A stretch of DNA of 64,000 bases, from positions 89,900,001 to 89,964,000 of the forward strand of contig CM059438.1 of the NCBI GenBank assembly GCA_030390025.1, read 5' to 3'. Below, one piece after another: positions 49,725 through 62,509 of the stretch (position 1 is the first letter of the stretch; each line of letters opens with the position of its first letter). Source of the DNA: Squalus acanthias. Taxonomy: Eukaryota. Under the pieces are notes generated by a model. That model ran no database searches. It was given only the letters and a program-made list of their open reading frames with translations, and had not been told where the DNA came from. The position numbers and the translations under genes were made by a program.

Positions 49725-51279
49725 CTGATTAATAAACCAGCACATCACAGTGATCGGCCAAGTCAGTCTTAAAAGTACAGACTATACAATTCAAACAAGT
49801 TTGGCATGACTGGAGTAATTAAATTACATTCAACAAAATACTCCACAGGAATGTCGTAGTATCAGACTGATGTAACCCTTTGCTACAATCATTTAGTTTT
49901 GTTAGCTGGTTGAAGATTTGCTTTGGTCAAAATATTGAAGGGCTTGTTAAATACTTAGCTTCCAGAAAAATTCAGTCCATTTCAGGCAGATAGTTCCATG
50001 AGCCTGATTTCCCCGGGATAGGGTTTCAACACACTAGCACTTTAATGTGCTGTAGCACAGGACACAGATTTACAGCTCGAATCCCTCAATTCCATCTTTC
50101 CTATCAGGTGGAGACACCAAGCAGAGGCTGGGTGCTGCCTTATATTTTGAAAGGGATGGGGAGGAACAAGAGTATCACCACAAGCCATTCTCATGCATCT
50201 CTTCACAATGACACAAATGCATCATTGGCAGAGGACTGGGAATCTGAAGGCGAGAATGCTGCTCAGAAACATTGAGAACAAAAGATCACAAGCCACAGGC
50301 AAATGCCGCTGCATTTACTATCTTTTGTGCTAGAAATGACACATCATGGTCATATCAGTGTGGAAAAGGGCATTCCAACACAAGAGTCATACAGTAAAAA
50401 AAAAAATTAATCAGACCACTGTTCGAGTCTTATTTCCCTTATTTCATAGTTATCAGGAACAACCATGCAAATCATACCATTGTATAAGTTCCCCTATATT
50501 TAAGCTATTATCCTAGTGCAGAGGTCCTCGGAGGCAGACCATAATGTCAGGTCTTGGAACCACACTGTGAACCATGCAAGACTTGGCAGTACAGCTGTCT
50601 GTCGACTTTTGTCCCTTCTGTTTATATTTGGCTAATTATCGCTCAAATGAAGCCAGTTATGCTCATTTGCCTTTTCACGTGAGGCAGTGGATATAACAGT
50701 CATCTATCTTATCTTGCCCGTTCCAACCCTCAGGGGGCAACTAAAGCAACATCTAAATCTATCTTATACAGAAGTTTAGCAATTCTTCTAGTTTAAAGTG
50801 AACTTCAACTTTCTCCTTTTGACACTGGACAGAAATAAATGTATAGCATGAAACGAACGCAGCTGCTGAAATACCCGTAACAGTTTTTGGCAGCTGAACA
50901 TGCAGAGTTGGTTCTTGACCTCAGTAAGATCAAGTGTTGGTAAGTGGATCTTGGATGAATAGAATTTGGTGACCCCGTGTCCTTAATAGGTAAAAGGTAC
51001 CACTCAGCACTTAGCCACACAGACTACCAGGTTCCAGTGCGTCAAGTCAGTGCAGCAATAGGTGCGCTATGATTAATCTCAGCACCCCAGGGTTTTGGGG
51101 GGGGGGGGGGGGGGGGAAAGAGAGGAGAGGATGGTAGGCAAGGTAAGAACATTTGTGGGAGGGAGATTGGATACAAAGACACAAGAGCATGCATGAAAAT
51201 GCAAATTATACACCAGATTGTACAGCAGCTTAATATGTCAAACATGTACTCAGGAGAACAGAAGACAGACAACACTTAC

Positions 51280-51337
51280 TCTATGTTCTCTGGGGAGCCT
51301 GTTAATGTGCAGGACCTTTCTGGGAGACCTCCACTAT
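51280..51337 (-). CDS. FUBP3: FUBP3 exon 6 (58 nt): DSGGLPERSCTLTGSPENIE
   Basis: C-rich tract ccccaag|ATAGT...ATAGA|gtaagt; phase 1->2; end of KH1. Confidence 0.94.
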
Positions 51338-51642
51338 CTTGGGGGCGGGGGAGGGGGGGGGGGGTGCAAAAAAGGAAAGTTAGTTCAACAGGAAATGAGA
51401 GTTCCTGGTACCACAGCATTACTACAGAAGCGTTTAAGACAATTTTTATCATGCCAGAACAGTATCAATATTGCACATCAACCTATATTGACTAGACAAT
51501 AATAGTAGCAAGATTACGTCACAATATCCAAGACAAACAAAACCATTTTAAAATAGACTTATAAAGGTGTATGATTGTATAATTTTTTTTAAACCAGAAA
51601 CTGAAGGTGATCTAGCCTAATCTAAAACAGCCAAGTGCTTAC

Positions 51643-51714
51643 CAGGTGCAATCTGAATCTTGCAGCCAGATTCCATCTGTATCCGAGATATCTGTTCTCC
51701 TCCCCTGCCAATTA
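51643..51714 (-). CDS. FUBP3: FUBP3 exon 5 (72 nt): IIGRGGEQISRIQMESGCKIQIAP, KH1 GxxG
   Basis: cttcag|TAATT...CCTG|gtaagc; KH signature IIGRGG. Confidence 0.96.
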
Positions 51715-51845
51715 CTGAAGAGAGCAAAAGCAATAATCTGAGTCAATGGGATAACAGGAATAACAATACGACCTTAAAGAGAAAGCAGCCCAGTTCTGAC
51801 CTATATAGTTTGGATTTGAATATGACCTGTCTAAAGATACTCAGG

Positions 51846-52084
51846 AATACAAAAGCAAAATACTGCGGATGCTGGAAATCTGAAATAAAAACCGAAAATG
51901 CTGGAAATACTCAGCAGGTCAGGCAGCATCTGTGGAGAGAGAGAAACAGAGTTAACGTTTCAGGTCGATGACCCTTCGTCAAAACTGACAAAGGGTCATC
52001 GACCTGAAACGTTAACTCTGTTTCTCTCTCTCTCCACAGATGCTGCCTGACCTGCTGAGTATTTCCAGCATTTTTTGCTTTTAT
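51846..52084. mobile_element. Palindromic non-autonomous Penelope-derived insertion
   Basis: Two Penelope terminal segments head-to-head; 14-bp TSD taaagatactcagg at 51832-51845 and 52085-52098. Confidence 0.88.
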
Positions 52085-52354
52085 TAAAGATACTCAGGGT
52101 TCAACTTCCATGGTACGTCTAATGCAAAATATATTGAACATTAGGACAGCCATCTTTGAGGAACTATAGTTACCTCCGTTACATTTAAGCAATATTTAAA
52201 CAAGCATCTCAGCAGCAGTATGTTGGGACTCAAAATGGAAGTGCTAGTTAACATCCCAGAAATGACCAATAACCAAACTACACTGTACCCAAGCTGCGAG
52301 TTTCACCAATTCTCAGCTGGAGCAATAAAAAGAACATTCCACCAGCAGAAGAGA

Positions 52355-52776
52355 AGAGCCTATACACTCTGGAGTTCAGAAGAATGAGAGGTGACCTCAT
52401 TGAAACATATAAGATTCTGAGGGGGATTGACAGGATAGATGCTGAGAGGTTGATTTCCCCTGGCTGGAGAGTCTGCAACTAGGGGGCAGTCTCAGGATAA
52501 GGGGCGGCCATTTAAGACTGAGATGAGGAGGAATTTTTTCACTCAAAGGGTTGTGAATCTTTGGAATTCTCTAGCCCAAAGGGCTATGGATGCTGAGGCA
52601 ATGAGTATATTCATGGCTGAGATAGATTGATTTTTGGACTCTAGGGGAATCTAGGGATATGGGGATCGGGCAGGAAAGTAGAGTTGAGGTGGAAGATCAG
52701 CCATGATCTTATTGAATGGCGGAGCAGGTTTGAGGGGCCGTATGGCCTACTCCTGCTCCCAATTCTTATGCTCTTA
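52355..52776 (+). mobile_element. CR1 3' fragment
   Basis: Homologous to 27530-27942. Confidence 0.92.
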
Positions 52777-54187
52777 CGTAGGACACAGCAGGTCCTGCCC
52801 CACAGGAAAGTACTTCCCACAAAGATTACGTAGAAGCGTTAACCAGCACATAGAAGCTCATGGCTAAAGGAGGAAACTTGGTGGCAGAAGTAGGGAGACA
52901 GTCTTTGGGGAATTTCAAAACTTTGCCTTACATTCAGCCCCCATATCCTCCCAAATGAATCCTCTGTAGCAGTAACCGAGTTAAGTGTAACACGGTAATC
53001 AGATACATGTGTATGGATTCCATTTAATTCGGAGCGGCAGCTCATCCAGGCAAAATGGGCATATTGTCAAATCAAACCACTTGTTGTAAGTTACTAAAAG
53101 TGATGATCCTGTAGATTTATACAATTTTTTTTTTTTAATTCATCTAAAAGCTTCTCTCCATAACTGGAAATATAAGCAGGCAATCCATTGCCAGGCATCT
53201 ACAAATATTGCCCTATAACTAACCATTAGGTGTGCAAGAGCAACCAAAGGTGACACTCCCTATTAGGCGAACATCTCTATTCGGTTCACCATCTCCCTAG
53301 ACAGTGCAGCCAAGATCAGCAATGGATTAATACCCACCAACTATTCAAATTCTGCTGAACTGAACTCACATCCTATCAAATTACTGTTTTGTTCTTTTTA
53401 AATGAAGCGTGCAGCCACTGACTGAAGCCCCATGCTCTTTCTGACTGTGGCGTAGCAAATTGGAACACCTGCATCTCACACCAGTCACCTTCTGAACAGT
53501 TGAAGAAATCAGCAAAGGGATCGGAGAGAAGATGCAAAAAAAAAAAACCTGCCTGGACTTTTATTTTCTTCTCCTCCCTCCTCCTGCACAAGTCAGAGAA
53601 TCACTAGGTTGACATCTTTCATTCCTCTGTAAAATGTACCAGCAACTACGTGGTGTACAATACCAACCCGAATCAGGTAACCCTCCAGTGAAAGACTTCT
53701 TTTCCCCGACTCCCTCCTTTCTCTCCCCTACCCCACTCCTTAAACAGAAACCAGCCGAGGTCAGGAACCTGCCATGCAGGCAAAAACTAGAGCATGAAAT
53801 CATGTGTTAGCACTCTGCAGCAGCTTTCTGCATCACATACCGATCAGGCTATCATCGGACTTCAAAACAATTCTGATTTCACCCAACACATTTGTGCTAA
53901 CCAGTTTGCGAGCCAATTTGCGCTGATTGAAATAAAGCAAACATTTCGATTCCAATTTTTTTGAAAACATGCTTAAAACATCCAGCCCTGCAACAAACAT
54001 CCGGAGATCCAGCAGAGATTCTAACTTCCAAAATGTGAAAAAAACAAGATCAATCTAGTGAGATTATCAGCATAATTAATGTTTCACACAAACAGCATTT
54101 TGTACAAGTGTTTAAATGCAAATTACTGCATTTAAAAATTAACCTGCAACTTAAACCATTTATATTCTCCAAAAGTTTCATACTTAC

Positions 54188-54237
54188 TGAATCCAACCAT
54201 TTTATCAGGCACTTTGTACTCTTCAGACATTATAGTC
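54188..54237 (-). CDS. FUBP3: FUBP3 exon 4 (50 nt): TIMSEEYKVPDKMVGF, start of KH1
   Basis: tttcag|GACT...TTCA|gtaagt; phase 2->1; similar to human TVITEEFKVPDKMVGF. Confidence 0.95.
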
Positions 54238-55317
54238 CTGAAAGAAGAATTTTACAAGATTACAAAAACAGATTGGAAAATCCTGGTTTACATGCACATT
54301 GTAATACCAATAAAACCACGATAACTGGATTATATTCCTCTCCACAATCGTGACAAAATTACATGATAGGAGACTATTGCCAGGCTTTAATCACAATAAA
54401 AAAGGGCATTGATTTTAAGGAAAGTAACTGGCTACTCTCAAGCTGACTTTTTTTTCTCCCCTTTTTAAACTCTTAAGACAGCGACTCTGTTTCAGCAAAC
54501 ACCACAGCTGGCGTTGACAGCCCTGGATATTGGTGGTTTTGGGGTGTGAGGAATGGAGAAAGACTGAAATCAGCTGGGGTTCTTCCCTCCTTTGAGCAGC
54601 CACCTGGCCTTCATTCTATACTTCGACGATAGCTCAACCAAAAGTAGAACTCACTAATGGGGGGGAAAAAATATCACAGGAGCAGACCATGTATTTATCC
54701 TTCTGTGCAGGAACCCAACAGCTTCTTGCTACATACAGCTAAGCTCTTTGCAATCTTAATCGAAAATATTTTGGGATGGCCATGGAGATTTTGTTTGGGG
54801 GGGGGGGGGGGGGAGAGAAAGAGGCACATGTCTGGTGCAAATGTGTCCATATGAACCACTCAAACCCAAAATGCATGCAGGTATCTTACAGCTACAGAAA
54901 CATTACATCAAAAATAATCTCCACAATCCCACTGTCTAGTTACAGTGCACTGTTTGGAGCTGGTGATGATGGCAGCCACACCCAAACATGTGGTGCAACT
55001 ACTACAAGCTGTGCAGCAAAGCACATAAGCCAATATAAGCATTTTGCAGAAGTGTTGCAGAGATAGCTATATTAAGCCAGTTTTGTTTTCAGATTGCGCG
55101 CCTCAATGTTAATCATGCACGCATCACTGTATTGCCACGATATTGGGTGATTTTACATCCACACTTTCTAATAGGGATCACATTCAATAAAAAAAGTTAC
55201 AAAAGTGCTTTTACTTTTAGCATCTGGTACTAGTTGCTCTGGGGAAGCTTAAAATTGTATAGAATATTTTACAAACTATAGATAGATACACAATAATTAC
55301 AACGGTCTGTTACTTAC

Positions 55318-55351
55318 CTTTGATGCACCATTCCCCCAAGCTGGTTCACTA
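55318..55351 (-). CDS. FUBP3: FUBP3 exon 3 (34 nt): VVNQLGGMVHQR
   Basis: cttttcccag|TAGTG...CAAAG|gtaagt; similar to human VGNQLGALVHQR; phase 1->2. Confidence 0.93.
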
Positions 55352-57534
55352 CTGGGAAAAGGGAAAGGAGAATTAAAGTCTGAAAGTACAAATACTCCTC
55401 ATGCAGATGTCTCCTGTAGACTCCTATTCTGGTGTTAACACACAGGAGGAACACACTGCAGCAGATTCCAGAATGGACCTTGTCGAATGAGGACTTCGAT
55501 TAAAACACCTGTCTCGGCACCATAACCAGCACTGGAAGTTACAACCTGCACACAGTTCGACAGGAGCTACATGGGCAGCTTGACAAAGGCACATAATAAG
55601 AGTGTTATTTCGCAATAACGCACTGCAGGTTCTTTTAATACTAGAGTGATATTGTAAGTTTAAACCTTCAGTGTGACATGCCAACTGAATTGAGTGCCCT
55701 GGCTGGCTATATCCACCTAGACAACAGCACAACATGTCAGACCTTTTTGAGTTAGGAGCGCCAATTTAAAAACTACGCGAATGAGTGCGAGTTGTTACAG
55801 AAAAGCTCTCTCTAGCCGTCCAGATAACCATGATACTCAATGGTTTACTTATCCAAACTGAGGGCAAATATTTCCTTGAAAATCACTCCCCACCCCGCCA
55901 ACCAGTATGCATGCAACAATCCTTTCTTGGTTACATGCAACCCAACATAGATCTGCCATCCTTTTGCTACAATCCTCTACAAATGTCAGTGAAGATGGCC
56001 AGACATGATGCTAGACCAACCCTCTAAGATTGGATTGAACCATTTCTATTGTGACTCGACACATTGGAAGCACCAAAGCACTAGAATACCAGGAACATGT
56101 TAAATGACTGCCCATGCAGCCACACCTTCAGATGCAGCAGTTCAATAGAGAAAGTTAATTCTTGCTGTACTATATTCAGAAGGGAAGGACTACAGCTCAG
56201 TGAGAAGCAGTTGCACACCTGTATTTATCATAAACAGCTTAGCACCAACCAAGCAAAATCCTTCCACTTGCAATCACCCACCAGTTTGGCAGACCAGATG
56301 TGCTTGGTACAGTTGAGAGAGATGTCACAAGGGCACCACAACTGATTCTACACATTCCTCTTCCATCCACACTGCTGTTTCTCCATTAGCCAGTGGCAGA
56401 TAAAGAGAGAAGCAATTCACAAAGCAGGTGGACATTAGTAACAGGAACATGCTACAACTTTGAAAGGCAACTGAAATAGAACTCCACAAACACCAGAATT
56501 AAAGTTTATATAGTTAGGCCTTTTGCCAGTTTTATTTCACTGAAGGTTGCTGTCTGCAAGGCAGCTCCATGAAACAGAAAGCAAGGTAACCAATATTCTC
56601 CCAACTATAAATCCAAACAGCCTCCCCAACAGTCTGTACCAGAACATGCACTTACAACAGGTTAAAAGAAAAATACATCTGCATGCAACCATATTTTTAT
56701 TTAAATGGGTAAGAGGCTGAAGGTTGAAAAAAAAAACATTTCTTGTACATTAATTTTAGAGGTGGATGACCAAGTCCCATAGTGCAGAGAAGAGATTTTT
56801 TTAAAAAGAGTTTATTCAACAATTTGCATGCAGAAAGAGCTGTTAACATAGAAAAACATCCAAAGCACTTCACAGAAATGGAATCAGGAAAAAGTGGACT
56901 CCAAGCCAAAGGAGGATATCTGAACAAAGATTGCATGTAGTCCTTCATTTAAAAATAAGCCCAAGAGACAAGAAATTTCTTACTGTGGAGCCAAATCAAA
57001 TTTGACTGACATAGTAAAAACAAGCGAAAACGCGCAACTGTGCTGCATACTTTCAAGAAAACAAACTCAAATGATGGAAGGATACTTAAAATTGGTGTAG
57101 AAAACTGCTAGTAATCCTAGGGTGAAATTAATCTTTAATAGGATAGAGAGTTAAAACAGCTCCATTAGACTTCTAAGGAATGCCCAAAAGTGATACACTG
57201 GGAAAGGAGTCAGTGGATGAGTGGAATTATATTTCAAATCCACACTCAGATCAACTGAACAGACCTTTTATAAAAAGAGCAGAGTTTATAATTTCCAACT
57301 ACAAAATGAAGACAGAGAAGCAGTTCTTTGGGTGGGAGGGGGAGAAGGCAGAAGGTGGACAACAAACGCCCCCCCACCTCCCCACGCCACAGCATATGCT
57401 GAGCTGCAATTGTGTTTTAAAAACTTTATCTTGCTGCTCGGCTATGAGAGAGAAAACACTCTTACTTCTGAATGTTAAATTAAACATGCAAATACATTCA
57501 TTCTTCCTTTTTTGTCCTGAAACTGTTGGCTTAC

Positions 57535-57640
57535 CCCCATCATCCAGTGTCCGTTTCTGAGTCCCATAGCCGTAGACTGCAGGATCTACCACAGGAGTAG
57601 AATTGTTCAGATGTGACCCGGCATCTATTTTAGCAGCAAT
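57535..57640 (-). CDS. FUBP3: FUBP3 exon 2 (106 nt): IAAKIDAGSHLNNSTPVVDPAVYGYGTQKRTLDDG
   Basis: Matches recalled human FUBP3 IAAKIDSIPHLNNSTPLVDPSVYGYGVQKRPLDDG, which distinguishes FUBP3 from FUBP1/KHSRP; acceptor ttgaag|ATT, donor G|gtaagc; phase 0->1. Confidence 0.96.
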
Positions 57641-57824
57641 CTTCAACAGGGGAGAAAAAAAAAAACAGAAGCACGTTAGCATTTTAAAATCAAGTGCAAC
57701 ATTTGAAACCTTTTACACCTGAATATTTTGCTTTATAACTCGAGTTAGCGTTAATACTAGATGGTACCATTCAGGATAATGTGGCTTTAAATGTCCTGAT
57801 GGAGAAGATTCCATCGGTGCAACT

Positions 57825-58260
57825 TCGACTTATAATAATAGAGCACCTTTGCTATAACAAGATGCCACAAGGTGGCCCAGAGTCAGATACGAGTAGGAGC
57901 GAGGGTGGAATTGGAGAAGATGGCTGATGAGGTAAATTTTAAGGAGGCTTTTGAAATGGAGGAGGTTGAAGCGAGGCAGAAGTGTATGGGGAGAGAGTTC
58001 CAAAGTGTAGGGGCAGGGTGGCTGAAGACTTTGCCACCAATGGTGAAGTGCAAGGAGAGAGGAACACAGTGGACCAGAGTTGAAGCGAGTGTGGAAACAG
58101 GGCTGAGGAGGTTGCAGAGTTAGTGAGGAGTGAGGCCGTGGAAAGATTTGTAGACAAGGAGAAGAATTTTAAAGTTGATGTGCTATGGTATGGAGAGCTA
58201 GCAACAATCGGCAAGGGTAGGGGTGGTTGGACCGGACCGAATGTGGGCTATGGAGTTCTA
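57825..58260 (-). mobile_element. L2 3' fragment, highly diverged
   Basis: ggggagagagttccaaagtgtaggg...ccaccaatggtg similarity to the adjacent L2. Confidence 0.6.
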
Positions 58261-58461
58261 CAAGACATTGCTATTGAAGTATGCCAGTGCCTAATGATGC
58301 TAAGTAATGGTGTGCTTTCCTCACCTTTGGTCCTCCAAAACTGGTTCAGTACCAGTTTAGCACACCATCCCTACACAGCATTAGTTGGTAAGCAAATCAG
58401 TGTAGCTGTTGCAAGATTCCAGGTATTATTTTGTCATAGTGCATGTACAGCACAAGAATAA

Positions 58462-59040
58462 CAACTTGTATTTATATAGCACTTTTAAGGCAGTAAAACA
58501 CCCCCAGGTGCTTCACAGGAGCATTAACAAAATTTGACACTGAGCCACATAAGGAACTATTAGGGCAGGTGGTCAAAGGGATAGGTTTTAAGGAGCACCT
58601 TAAATGAGGTGAGAGGTGTAGCGAGGCAAAGAGGTTTAGGGAGGGAATTCCTTGGGAGCTAAAGGCACGGCCACCAATGGTGGAGCAATTAAAATCGGGG
58701 GTGCTCAAGAGGCCAGAATTAGAGGAGCACAGATATATCGGAGGATTGTGGGATTGGAGGAGGTTAGAGATAGGGAGGGGCGAGGCCATGGAGGGATTTG
58801 AAAACAAGGATGGGAATTTTAATCGAGGCGTTGCTTAACCAGGAGCCAATGCAGGTCAGCGAGCACAGGGGTGATGGGTGAACAGGACTTGGTACAAGTT
58901 AGGACACGGGCAGCAGAGCTTTGGATAACCTCAAGTTTACATAGGGTAGAACATGGGAGGCCAGCCTGGAGTGCGTTAGAATAGTCAAGTCTAGAGGTAA
59001 CAAAGGCGTGGATGAGGGTTTCAGCAGCGGGTGAGCTGAG
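58462..59040 (-). mobile_element. L2 LINE 3' fragment
   Basis: ORF 58819..59130 AETLIHAFVTSRLDYSNAL...IQSSAARVLT...ITPVLADLHWL, classic L2 ORF2 C-terminus. Confidence 0.92.
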
Positions 59041-60199
59041 TATTGTGAAATTACAAATGCAATTGTGAAAGGAAGTATAAACAAAGCACCTGACAGGCCC
59101 CAGGAGCAATTTCAAATGGAACGGCCACAAGCAACAAGGTCCAGTGTTTTGACAAAACTGTCAAGTAATAAAAGTTTTTTTTTTTAAATACACCGAGGAT
59201 CTATGTTCTTTTTAGGGGCAGGGGGAAGGCGTGGGGAGCGCAGGAGGTGCTGAGTGTGGTCAGAGCATGCAGCAGGCCTTCAAAGCTTTGAATGCTTGTG
59301 CACTCAAACCGTAGGGAGCACGAACTCTGCCAAGTGCATTCCACGGCCAAAGTTAAGGACGAGTTCAATGAAAGCCCAGATTTCCAAGTGGTGAGCAACA
59401 TCATTTTTCTAGCACTGGTGTGTGGTTCTGACAGACTCCATAGCATTATATGAATCTGGGACAGAGATTATTTAGTCAGAACTACTGGTGTAAATCAAGT
59501 GCGGGATTCCACAAAATATGAAAATTAAACTAAAATCAACAATGGAATATTCAAGAATCTTAATGCAATCAGAAGTGAAAAAATATAATTGCACTACCAC
59601 AAGGGAGGGCACCTAAACCACAAGCAACACTATGAAATACACTGGAAAGGACATCATAATGCAGACTGAAAAGAGGGGCAGGTGAAGTCGGGACAGAGGG
59701 CAATATGGAGAGAAGGCATTTCAGATGGAATTGCTAGATAAAAAAAAGGACACGCTTGTGAGGCATAATGATCTTTTCCGGTGTCTAAAAATTATGACCC
59801 GAAATATGCTGGAGAATGTGGAATTCTAAGGGAGTACTTGACGTGGAAATGTCCCACCCTCTATACAATAAATGCTGATTAAATCTATTGCACTTGGTCC
59901 TAGGGTAAGCATTTTAAGAGATTTTTCATCACACTACGCAAGTACAAGCTTGCAAGTCTCGGTCGGTTACTGGCAAAGGAGACACATTATGCAAACATGG
60001 AGGGGCACTGATCCCTGAATGCCAGCCAGATTTGGCTGAACACATGGTATTTGAAGCTCTGTCTGACAAATGAGTTCTTTTTGCCATTGTGTTTGGGAAC
60101 ACGGATTCATATCTGGCTACAATTCCAGAATATACTGGCTGGAAGATACTAACACCACACTGATTGATTACGTACAATGTATCGAACTTTTTGGCAGTT

Positions 60200-60580
60200 T
60201 TCTCTCATCTCCCACCCCTGAAAGTGTTAGACTCTGTTCGGTTATTGTTTTCACTTCTAATGTGGGAAGTACCTTGGCCAAGTATCCATTAGTTATGTGC
60301 AGGCCTGGGCAGTGACCATATTGGGGCGGGGGGGGGGGGGGGGGTTGTTGGCACATCAAGGTTGAGCCCACTCCAGTCCTCACCAGGTACGCACATGTAC
60401 ATTTCCTAGGAGGGGGTCACTGAATAGCGATCAGCTGTAGCGAGTCTGGCCGATTTTCCAGTCACTAGCGCAAGTGTCTCCTACTGTTACCCTGGCTGAA
60501 ATTAGTTAATTCAACACAAAGAATTGAAGCTGTGGTTTTCTGGCCACGTTGGTTTTATCAACTGAGTCACTGGAGGAGTA
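60200..60580 (-). mobile_element. Older SINE-like family B, diverged
   Basis: cctgaaagtg...gtcctcacc...gtcactgaatagcgatcag blocks. Confidence 0.55.
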
Positions 60581-61409
60581 TGTCTATTATGGAAGTTTTT
60601 TACTGAAGTCTTACCTAAAGTTAAAACAATATTGTATTTTTAACTTCACTAATTCCCAGACTATCTTGTAAGCGCCAGGCAATACAATCCTTTCTAACCA
60701 ACACAAAAATTAAGTGACCCAGATTATTCAACGTGCACACACAAAGCCACATTAATTTGCCTTAAATTCTGTACTATCTGCTGAACCAGAACACAATAAA
60801 ATATACCTTGTATAAAATATGCTCCAAACAGTTACAGTAATTGAAAGCTCTGCAAACCACTGGTTCGGCTAACGTACTAACAGACTGATTTGAAGCAGTT
60901 AAACAAAAAGGTACCCGCTCACTGACTGTCGGTCACTAAGGAAGGGGTCCCTGACACTACCGCCCAGGCAACAATAGCAGTGTTTTAAAGAAAAGTCATT
61001 TGACTATTAGCCTGCGACAATCAATACCACCAAAAACAGATTAAGTGGTCATTCATTCTATTGCTGTTTGTGGGATCTTAACTTGTGCAACGTGGCTGCC
61101 GTATTTGCTATACATTTCAACATAATTAGCTTTGTGAACTGCTTTGGAACATTTAAGATGTGATGAGGCGCTGTATAAATACAAGTTTTTCTCCACTAAC
61201 TCAATGCTCTTTAATGTACTAATACACTTGTACAATACTCTTAATTCATAACCAAATTACTCCCACAAGTGACAGACTTGTAACCATACTATATACAGAT
61301 CAAAATATACTCCTTCAGACACAACCCAAGTTTGGAAAAACAAAATCTGCAATTGTAATGCTGGGTGCTTTTCACTATTCCCCAAATGGACACATTATGG
61401 CGTTCCACC

Positions 61410-61925
61410 TTGGCTCAGTCAGTAGCACTCTTGCCCAAGTCAGGAGGTTGCGGATTCAAGCTCCACTGTCAAATTGAACACAATCCATAATGACATTTCA
61501 GTGCAGTACTGAGGGAGTGTAGCATTATCCGAGGAGCTGTCATTTGGATACGTTAAACTGAGGCACTATTCAAACAAGAGCCAAGAGCAACGTTCCCTCT
61601 AAGCTGTGCGGCCGCACAGCCCGGGACCGGCTTTTTTAATGTGAAATTTTGCGCACGCGTGAAACTTTGAATGGGCCGTGCTGCCCGTTAAAGGGACCAC
61701 GCACGAAAATTAAAATGAGGGGGAACATTGGCCAGGAGTTCTCCTGGTATTGTGGCCTCAAACACTAAAAATACAGACTGTCTGGTCATTCATTCATTTG
61801 CTGTTTGTGGGACCTTGCTGTGCACAAAGTGGCTGCCACGATTGCCTACAAAACAATGACTACACTTCAAAAGCAATCCATTGTTTGGAAAGCACTTAAG
61901 GACATAGTATCAATACAAGCTCTTT
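61410..61925 (+). mobile_element. Deu-domain SINE, diverged, interrupted by a MITE
   Basis: tggctcagtcagtagcactc head, gcagtactgagggagtg core, ctacacttcaaaag tail. Confidence 0.8.
61588..61730. mobile_element. hAT-like MITE
   Basis: TIRs caacgttccctc / gggggaacattg; 8-bp flanks gccaagag / gccaggag (7/8). Confidence 0.82.
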
Positions 61926-62509
61926 CTTTCACACACCCACCACTGCACATCACTGAAATCCTAATAACCACAGTGGCAAACCTGGGAACAGATCTCAGTT
62001 TCTCAATTAACCAGCAAACAAGAGGTTGCCAAGTGGATGGGTAAGCTATTTCTTTCTGCGGCAACAGGTTTTCTTGTAGGGACATTCTGGAAGCTCAGTG
62101 CAAAAACAAACACAAGCTCGACTTGCCTTCTTGCTCTTCACAGAGAAAGCATTACACAGCACAGTTGTAACTGAACTCTGCCAACTACTGAAGAAACACC
62201 ACTGGTATCATACACTAGTTCGACCATCAGCTGATACAATCCTAGCAACAGTCTGCTACAGTTTTTGATAACTACTGCTGTTCAGGAGCATTTTAAAGCA
62301 GAGTCCTACTGAGCTTGGGCAGCCGAGAACACAAAAACTTAACAGGATCAAACTGAAACGGGGAAAGCGATTGCTCCAAACTGGCAAGTATACAAAAAAA
62401 ACCACACAGAACATTATGGTTACTGTACTCGCTTCTAAAGGAACCCAGTTTTGGGCTCTGAGAACTTTTGAAGGATTTAACTCCCCCCCCCACCCCCCAA
62501 TCTTTTTGC

